Assembly: GCA_038064495.1 (NCBI GenBank)
Contig: JBBTSZ010000002.1
Coordinates: 82,035 to 146,034 of the forward strand
Direction of reading: 5' to 3'
DNA: 64,000 nucleotides
Source: Patescibacteria group bacterium
Lineage (GTDB): Bacteria; Patescibacteriota; Minisyncoccia; Phycocordibacterales; Phycocordibacteraceae
In this document: positions 57,766-64,000 of the stretch, piece by piece
Position numbering within the stretch: the first letter of the stretch is position 1
Layout: every line of letters begins with the position of its first letter
The notes under the pieces: generated by a model
What the model saw: the letters and a program-made list of their open reading frames with translations, nothing else
Told to the model about the DNA's origin: nothing
The model's database searches: none
Position numbers and translations under genes: made by a program

Positions 57766-58683
57766 ATGTCACTTACTTTTCTAAAACGAGTCATACGAGC
57801 TGGAGCAACAAATTTTGCTCGTAGTGGCCTGGTCTCCTTTGCTACCGTGCTCATCATGACCGTGACCCTTTTCATCATTGGTTGTTTGATATTTCTTTCA
57901 GCTGTTCTCACGAATACCCTCACGACGATTGAGGACAAGGTTGATGTAAATGTATATTTCGTTGTTACTGCTCCAGAAAATGAGATTCTTGCTTTGAAGT
58001 CAAAACTTGAAGAACTTCCGTCAGTTGCACAAGTTTCCTATACTACGCGTGAACAAGCTTTGGTAAGTTTCAAAGAGCGTCATGCAAATGATCAACTCAC
58101 ACTCCAGGCACTTGAGGAACTCGGAGATAATCCGCTCGAGGCATCGCTTTCCGTAAAAGCTCAGAATCCCTCTCTATACGCCGGGATTGTTGATTTTCTG
58201 AGCGGGAGCTCGGCTACCAGCGCCGGCATTATTGATCGGGTGAATTACTTCCAAAACAAGACGGTGATTGATCGCCTATCTGCCGCCATCACAGCGACCC
58301 AGCAAGTGGGGCTTGCCATCGTTATTCTATTTGCTGCAGCTTCTACGATTATCGCGCTTGCAACCATCCGACTCGCTATTTATACGTCGCGTGACGAAAT
58401 AGCTGTTATGCGCCTTGTGGGAGCTTCGGACATGTATATTCGGGGGCCATTCATTGTTGCTGGCATTATTGCGGGCGGACTTGCGGCACTTATCGCTCTT
58501 ATTTTGTTCTATCCAATAAGCTGGTATGCGGGTGGCGCGCTTTCCTCGTGGCTCGGTGGTTTCAATCTCTTTTCCTATTATATTGGTCACTTTGCAAAAA
58601 TCTTCGGAATTCTTGTTGGTTCGGGTGTGTTCCTTGGAGCATTTGCCTCATGGATTGCGGTACGAAGGTATCTAACAGTATAA
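57766..58683 (+). CDS. ftsX: cell division permease FtsX
   Basis: 4 TM with large first periplasmic loop; follows ftsE. Confidence 0.8.
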   Translation: MSLTFLKRVIRAGATNFARSGLVSFATVLIMTVTLFIIGCLIFLSAVLTNTLTTIEDKVDVNVYFVVTAPENEILALKSKLEELPSVAQVSYTTREQALVSFKERHANDQLTLQALEELGDNPLEASLSVKAQNPSLYAGIVDFLSGSSATSAGIIDRVNYFQNKTVIDRLSAAITATQQVGLAIVILFAAASTIIALATIRLAIYTSRDEIAVMRLVGASDMYIRGPFIVAGIIAGGLAALIALILFYPISWYAGGALSSWLGGFNLFSYYIGHFAKIFGILVGSGVFLGAFASWIAVRRYLTV

Positions 58684-58689
58684 GAGTGT

Positions 58690-60351
58690 ATGGCAACTGA
58701 AGGACACAAGTACATCTTTGTATTAGGAGGAGTTATGTCCGGAGTAGGAAAGGGTGTTGCTACCTCTTCTATGGGTCTGATTTTGAACCAACGTGGATAC
58801 AAGGTGAACTTGGTGAAAATAGACCCCTACCTCAATGTGGATGCCGGTACGATGAATCCAACCGAGCATGGGGAGGTTTTTGTCTTGAGGAGTGGTCTTG
58901 AGACCGATCAGGATATGGGTAACTACGAGCGTTTCCTCGGACGTGATCTTGGTCCCGAGGACTACATGACGTCCGGTATGGTGTATCAAACCGTGATTGA
59001 ACGTGAACGCGCACTTGAGTACGGTGGTAAGTGCATTGAAGCTATCCCGCACGTGCGCGACGAGATTCTCCGGAGGATTGAGAAAGCTGCCGCTAACAAC
59101 GGTAGTCGAGTGAGTGTTATTGAGATTGGTGGCACAGTTGGAGATTTTCAGAATGCACTTTTTATTGAAGCGGCTCGTGTGATGCGCTTGAAACATCCAG
59201 ACGATGTCTTGTTCGTGATTGTTTCGTACCTCCCGGTTCCCGGCACCCTCGGCGAGATGAAAACAAAGCCAACCCAGACAGCAGTTCGTGAACTTAACTC
59301 GTATGGTGTTCAGCCGGACTTCATCATAGCAAGGAGCAAGGGCCCGATGGATGAGAAAAGAAAGGAAAAGCTCGCAATCTGGTGCAATGTTCGTCCTGAT
59401 CACATCATTTCTGCACCGGACGTAGAAAGTATTTATGACGTTCCGCTTAACCTTGAGAAAGACCATATTGGTGATCTCATCCTTGATGCACTCAAATTAG
59501 AGAAGAAAACGGCTGAAGCGGACCTCGATGAGTGGAGAGACTTTGTGGAACGAACACGCTCAGAAGGAAAGCAAGAAGTAGTTATTGGAATTGTCGGAAA
59601 ATACTTTGATACGGGAGACTTCGTACTTTCCGATGCCTATCTTTCCGTAATTGAGGCACTCAAATTCTCTGCAGCAGCGGTTGGGGTCAAGGCAAAGATA
59701 GAGTGGGTGAACGCCAAAGACTTTGAGAAAGGAACACCAGTAACGATGCTTGAAAAGTATGACGGTGTGATTGTCCCGGGCGGATTTGGTGAAACAGGTA
59801 TTGAAGGGAAGATTCTTGCGGCGAATTTTTGTCGCACACACAAGATCCCGTATTTCGGACTTTGCTACGGCATGCACATGCTCGTCATTGAGTACGCACG
59901 AAACATGCTCAAACTTGAAGACGCACACACGGTTGAGATTGATGCACAGACGCCCCATCCGGTAATTGACGTTATGCCGGACCAAAAGCAACTTATTGCT
60001 GACGGAAAATACGGTGGCACTATGCGCCTGGGCTCATATCCAGCGCAACTTAAAAAAGGAACGATTGCACACACCGCGTACGGAACAGATGTGGTTGAGG
60101 AACGTCATCGCCATCGCTACGAAGTGAATCCGGACTACATAGAGCGTCTTGAGAAGGCTGGTATCGTATTTTCCGGTACGAGCCCAGATGGTGTGTTGAT
60201 GGAGATTGCAGAACTCCCAACTAAAGAGCACCCGTTTTACCTTGGCTGTCAGTTTCACCCAGAGCTTCAGGCTCGTCCACTTACTCCGCATCCTTTGTTT
60301 ACCAAGTTTCTAGAAGCTGTTCAGGAGCGAGCGCTCTACAAAGAGGGATAA
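58690..60351 (+). CDS. pyrG: CTP synthase
   Basis: KYIFVLGGVMSGVGKG N-term, GATase C-terminal domain with Cys in GLCYGMH. Confidence 0.93.
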   Translation: MATEGHKYIFVLGGVMSGVGKGVATSSMGLILNQRGYKVNLVKIDPYLNVDAGTMNPTEHGEVFVLRSGLETDQDMGNYERFLGRDLGPEDYMTSGMVYQTVIERERALEYGGKCIEAIPHVRDEILRRIEKAAANNGSRVSVIEIGGTVGDFQNALFIEAARVMRLKHPDDVLFVIVSYLPVPGTLGEMKTKPTQTAVRELNSYGVQPDFIIARSKGPMDEKRKEKLAIWCNVRPDHIISAPDVESIYDVPLNLEKDHIGDLILDALKLEKKTAEADLDEWRDFVERTRSEGKQEVVIGIVGKYFDTGDFVLSDAYLSVIEALKFSAAAVGVKAKIEWVNAKDFEKGTPVTMLEKYDGVIVPGGFGETGIEGKILAANFCRTHKIPYFGLCYGMHMLVIEYARNMLKLEDAHTVEIDAQTPHPVIDVMPDQKQLIADGKYGGTMRLGSYPAQLKKGTIAHTAYGTDVVEERHRHRYEVNPDYIERLEKAGIVFSGTSPDGVLMEIAELPTKEHPFYLGCQFHPELQARPLTPHPLFTKFLEAVQERALYKEG

Positions 60352-60457
60352 AATCGGGTTCTTGTAATTTACACACCCCCGGTTTTCCGGCCGGTAAGAG
60401 CGGTATACTTAGAACGTCTTAGATATTTAGTAGCTGATCTTTCCTTATCATTACCCT

Positions 60458-60715
60458 ATGTCAAAAAATACAAAAATAGTGCTTGGAATTCTGGCAGCCG
60501 TCGTCATTCTTGGTGGTTGCTACGCTTACTGGCAGTACCGTGAGAGTACACGAAGTGGAGCTGAACAGACTGAAGTGACAACACTTCCGTCTGGAACCGA
60601 CCAGTCTGATACTGCACTTGAAAGTGACCTCGGCTCCATTGATGCTCAAATTAATGCCGTCGGAAGCGACAATGCCGACGCGAAGGCGAGCATTCAAGAT
60701 GTCGTTGCCCAGTAG
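60458..60715 (+). CDS. small membrane-anchored hypothetical protein
   Basis: 85 aa, N-terminal TM. Confidence 0.4.
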   Translation: MSKNTKIVLGILAAVVILGGCYAYWQYRESTRSGAEQTEVTTLPSGTDQSDTALESDLGSIDAQINAVGSDNADAKASIQDVVAQ

Positions 60716-60738
60716 TATTCCAACACCGTAACTTTCCT

Positions 60739-61674
60739 ATGAAATATTCACCACTTATTACCGCTACACTCAGTCTCGTACTTATTCTTGGAATAGCAGT
60801 ACCTGCATTTGCCGAAGACAGAGGCGGAGACGATGCAACAAGCATCAATACCACTAACACCATTCAGATTAAGGTTGACGACGACAATACAGATTCAGAT
60901 CTTCACGATAAGCGCGAACGTCGAGATGGATTGCTAGCCTCTACCACTCTCCGTATTCGCAGTGAGCGCGAAGAGGAACGCGAGCGCGAACACGCAAGCT
61001 CAACGGAAGAGCGTATCCAAAAGAGAGTTGAAAAGGTTCAGGAACACGCCGGAGATGCTATTGATAAGCGCATTGAGAGTCTACGAAAGCTCTCTGAGCG
61101 CCTAGCGCATATGAAACTCCTTTCAGCCGATACCCTCGCAAGCATCAAGGCTTCTCTTGACGCTGAGATTAAAAGCTTGATTGAGCTCAAGGCAAAGATT
61201 GGAAGCGATACTTCAACTTCAACCGTGAAAGCTGATGCTTCTGAAATCACGAAGGCACACCGCGTGTACCTCCTCGTTGAACCAAAGGCACGTATTGCAG
61301 CCTCTGCATCACGCATCAATGCGGTGGTAACACAGATGCAACTTCTCGTTACGAAGCTCGAGGCACGCATTGCTGCGGCACAGACTGCTGGCGCGGACGT
61401 TATCGAAGCACAAGCTGCTCTTACTGACCTCAAGGCAAAGATTGCTGACGCCAAGGTACAGGCTGATGCAGCCGTAGCGCTTACCGTTAACCTCCAGCCT
61501 GACAACGGTGACGCAACCGTTAAAGCTTCTAACCTTGCAGCCCTCAAGGATGCGCGTACGAAGCTAGAGCTCGCACACAAGGATCTTGCAGCGGCTCGGG
61601 AAGACGCTGGAAAAATCTTCGGTGTCGTAAAGGGTAAGGAAGGAAAGGGCGAGGGAGTAGAACACTCTAACTAA
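60739..61674 (+). CDS. secreted alpha-helical coiled-coil hypothetical protein
   Basis: signal peptide ..AVPAFAEDR; Ala/Lys/Glu-rich heptad-like repeats. Confidence 0.5.
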   Translation: MKYSPLITATLSLVLILGIAVPAFAEDRGGDDATSINTTNTIQIKVDDDNTDSDLHDKRERRDGLLASTTLRIRSEREEEREREHASSTEERIQKRVEKVQEHAGDAIDKRIESLRKLSERLAHMKLLSADTLASIKASLDAEIKSLIELKAKIGSDTSTSTVKADASEITKAHRVYLLVEPKARIAASASRINAVVTQMQLLVTKLEARIAAAQTAGADVIEAQAALTDLKAKIADAKVQADAAVALTVNLQPDNGDATVKASNLAALKDARTKLELAHKDLAAAREDAGKIFGVVKGKEGKGEGVEHSN

Positions 61675-61973
61675 TCGTTATCCACACCCGTGGTTGGAGC
61701 CACTCCAACCACATCCCTCCGGGTGTATAGTATTCGGACTAGCTCCTGACTTTGTCAGGAGCTAGTACTTTATATAGGGAGCTAGTTGCAAAGTCCCCAC
61801 ATGCTTCGTTACGGTTCGGTTTCGCTTCCTCACCGTACTTCAAGTACGCCTGCATTCGGAACCTTCCCACGCCTTGCCTCTGGAGCCTTTTCAACCAGCT
61901 CACAATCCAGTTGAACCCGCGGGCTTTTTCGAGTATTGTGCCTACATCAAGCGGCTGTTAGCCGCTTCGATAT

Positions 61974-62047
61974 TGCGGGATCGTCTAATGGTAGGACAAC
62001 GGAATCTGGATCCGTTTATCTAGGTTCGAGTCCTAGTCCCGCAGCCA
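61974..62047 (+). tRNA. tRNA-Gln (anticodon CUG)
   Basis: acceptor TGCGGGA/TCCCGCA, loop ATCTGGA, T-arm CTAGG-TTCGAGT-CCTAG, G73, CCA encoded. Confidence 0.8.
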
Positions 62048-62076
62048 ATACTTTTGGTGAGGTAAGATGGTAGTAA

Positions 62077-62631
62077 GTGAAAAAATCCCGAAGAAAAAGA
62101 TGGGCATATAAAAATACAACCCTCCTTATGCTGAGTGTCATAGTATTCGCATTGCTGGCTGATACTTCAATTGTTCATTCTCTTATTGCACATATAGGGT
62201 CGTATGGATATCTGGGCTCTTTTATTACCGGTATCTTTTTTGTATCTACCTTTACTATTGCTCCCGCATCACTCGTATTGTTCCACCTCGCGCAAGATTA
62301 CAATGCACTTGAGATAGCACTTACTGCTGGGTTTGGTGCTGTCATAGGAGACCTATTGATTTTCCGATTCTTCAAAGATCAGATATTTACAGAATTTGCT
62401 CCGCTTGCAAAGAAACTAAGAAAAAGTCATATCTTTGAACTCTTCAAAAGTCCCTACTTCGGATGGCTCACCCCTGTAGTTGGTGCGGTTATTATCGCAT
62501 CACCATTTCCCGACGAAGTAGGTATTGGAATGATGGGCTTAAGTAAAATTAAAGAATGGCAATTTATTATTCTGACGTTCATTTTGAATACGACCGGAAT
62601 ATTAATTATCGTTCTGCTGGCTCAATCATAG
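62077..62631 (+). CDS. hypothetical integral membrane protein (GTG start in ORF track)
   Basis: 5-6 TM helices. Confidence 0.4.
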   Translation: MKKSRRKRWAYKNTTLLMLSVIVFALLADTSIVHSLIAHIGSYGYLGSFITGIFFVSTFTIAPASLVLFHLAQDYNALEIALTAGFGAVIGDLLIFRFFKDQIFTEFAPLAKKLRKSHIFELFKSPYFGWLTPVVGAVIIASPFPDEVGIGMMGLSKIKEWQFIILTFILNTTGILIIVLLAQS

Positions 62632-62735
62632 AGGTTCCCACGTCGTACCACACTGCCAGCCATCATAAAAGCTCCTAGGTAGTAGGTTTTGTGGGGGGAG
62701 GATGTTTGAGGTTAGAACTTTGCTAGACTGAAGGC

Positions 62736-63479
62736 ATGGAAAAGGCTTTAAACTTCAAAACGAAAGACGGACATATCATATACGGAACACTCAATACTCC
62801 ATCAAAAGAGAACAGTTCAGTTATTGTGTTTGTACATGGACTGACTGGTCATCAGAATGAGCATTATTATTACAATGCCGCTCGGTTTTTTCCGAAGAAG
62901 GGATTTACAACCTATCGATTCGATCTATACAGTGGAGAGAAAAAAGGAAGGGCTCTATCCAACTGCACTGTCCGAACTCATGCCTCGGACCTGTCCACAG
63001 TTTTGAATCAGCTCAAAAAGAAATATAAAAGCATTCATATTGTGGGGCATAGTCTTGGTGGGCCGACTATTGTGCTTGCCGACATATCTACTGTCTCATC
63101 AGTCGTGCTTTGGGATCCCTCAGACATGCAAGGTCTTGCTGACATCACTGAAGGCCAAGAACGTTCATTGAAGGAGAATAAAATATCCGGAAGCTACATC
63201 GTGGATTGGGGCACTGAGTACATTCTTGGTAAAGAGATGGCTCAGGAGTTTAAGATTCTTCGACCCGCAACACTTACAGGTAGAATCAATAAACCGATCA
63301 AGATACTCGCAGCCGAAAAAGGAAATCCGCGGGGGAGTAAGGAGTATTTAAAGTATGCAAATGAACCCAAGCAACTGGTCATCATTAAGAAAGCAGGACA
63401 TACATTTAATGAGGAGAGTACAGAAGAGGAGTTATTTAATGAGACCCTGATATGGGTAAGGAAGTGGAATAAGAAATAA
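62736..63479 (+). CDS. alpha/beta hydrolase
   Basis: nucleophile elbow VGHSLGG. Confidence 0.75.
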   Translation: MEKALNFKTKDGHIIYGTLNTPSKENSSVIVFVHGLTGHQNEHYYYNAARFFPKKGFTTYRFDLYSGEKKGRALSNCTVRTHASDLSTVLNQLKKKYKSIHIVGHSLGGPTIVLADISTVSSVVLWDPSDMQGLADITEGQERSLKENKISGSYIVDWGTEYILGKEMAQEFKILRPATLTGRINKPIKILAAEKGNPRGSKEYLKYANEPKQLVIIKKAGHTFNEESTEEELFNETLIWVRKWNKK

Positions 63480-63481
63480 GT

Positions 63482-64000
63482 ATGACAAAGTACATACTTC
63501 ACGGTGGGTTTGAACGTCAAAATAACGAACCTAATAACTCATTTTACCGAGAACTAGTGAGAGATCTTCCGACCGGCGCAACATTGTTGCTGGTATATTT
63601 CGCCTCTGAATACGAAGAAGTAAGAGAAGCCTTCACTGAACAGACTAATAGAGTCCACGAGATTACAGGAAAAGACCTGCGTTTTGTCCTCGCAACAGAA
63701 GAAGACTTTATGAGTCAGGTCAGACAAGCAGACGGGGTCCACTTCAGAGGAGGGAACACGACAAAACTCCTTTCAATACTTAGAGGATATCCTGAACTAG
63801 TAACTGTATTGAAAGAGAAAAAGGTCATATCCGGCTCCTCTGCAGGTGCATACGCACTTGCTAAGTACGGCACTGCTCATACGGAACAGCATGTCCGAGA
63901 AGGACTGGGACTCGTGCCTGTCCGAGTAGTTTGTCACTATGGAAGCAGTGAGTTGCCTCCGAGCCAGCAGTCACATGAGGAGCTCTTAGCTATGGCTCCA
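63482..64000 (+). CDS. peptidase S51-like (dipeptidase E / cyanophycinase family), partial at window end
   Basis: ATG 63482, open to end of window; GGN..L, ISGSSAG motifs. Confidence 0.55.
   Translation, partial: MTKYILHGGFERQNNEPNNSFYRELVRDLPTGATLLLVYFASEYEEVREAFTEQTNRVHEITGKDLRFVLATEEDFMSQVRQADGVHFRGGNTTKLLSILRGYPELVTVLKEKKVISGSSAGAYALAKYGTAHTEQHVREGLGLVPVRVVCHYGSSELPPSQQSHEELLAMAP

Noticed and set aside
61752-61961. 69-aa ORF MSGASTLYRELVAKSPHASLRFGFASSPYFKY...
   Set aside because: Sits in a hairpin-rich noncoding region with no SD or typical start context; more likely part of an RNA element.

Overview
This 64 kb window reads like a small-genome bacterium, most consistent with a Patescibacteria/CPR-type organism. 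Several observations point that way: ribosomal protein L30 is absent between rpsE and rplO, the alpha operon is truncated after map, a type IV pilus plus comFC competence locus is present, a group I-like intron sits in a tRNA, and the r-protein genes lack Shine-Dalgarno sequences. This lineage assignment is my inference, not something the sequence proves. GC content is roughly 50%, and the genetic code looks standard because RF2 is present and no in-frame TGA is needed.

Gene content in order:

1. An S10/spc/alpha ribosomal protein cluster (rplB, rpsS, rplV, rpsC, rplP, rpmC, rpsQ, rplN, rplX, rplE, rpsN, rpsH, rplF, rplR, rpsE, rplO, secY, adk, map, ndk). It is interrupted between rplB and rpsS by a 2.6 kb accessory insertion carrying a 2OG-Fe(II) oxygenase, a NUDIX hydrolase, a DUF3298-like membrane protein, and a 51-aa micro-ORF with a perfect Shine-Dalgarno sequence.
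2. A beta-CASP MBL ribonuclease.
3. An infC-rpmI-rplT operon on the minus strand.
4. A LUD-domain gene divergent from an HxlR regulator with a palindromic operator, then a sensor histidine kinase and a single-domain response regulator.
5. A putative copper-handling pair (a membrane protein plus a Met-rich DUF305 protein).
6. A tmRNA (ssrA, minus strand, with G3:U70) next to smpB, followed by ftsH.
7. tRNA-Ile with the unusual anticodon UAU, a pyrD-like gene, recG and a small malic enzyme.
8. A NUDIX / DoxX / cupredoxin-like cluster.
9. tRNA-Ser, then comFC divergent from a complete type IV pilus locus: pilM, pilN, pilO, a pilP-like gene, pilB, a response regulator, pilT, pilC, three tandem major pilins, pilD and four minor pilins.
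10. ligA-gatC-gatA.
11. A tRNA cluster (initiator-like Met, elongator Met, Asp, Thr and Gln), including a tRNA-Thr(GGT) whose anticodon loop is split by a highly structured insertion of about 203 nt that looks like a small group I intron.
12. prfB-ftsE-ftsX-pyrG, several secreted or membrane hypothetical proteins, an alpha/beta hydrolase and a partial S51 peptidase at the window end.

No CRISPR arrays or transposases were seen.
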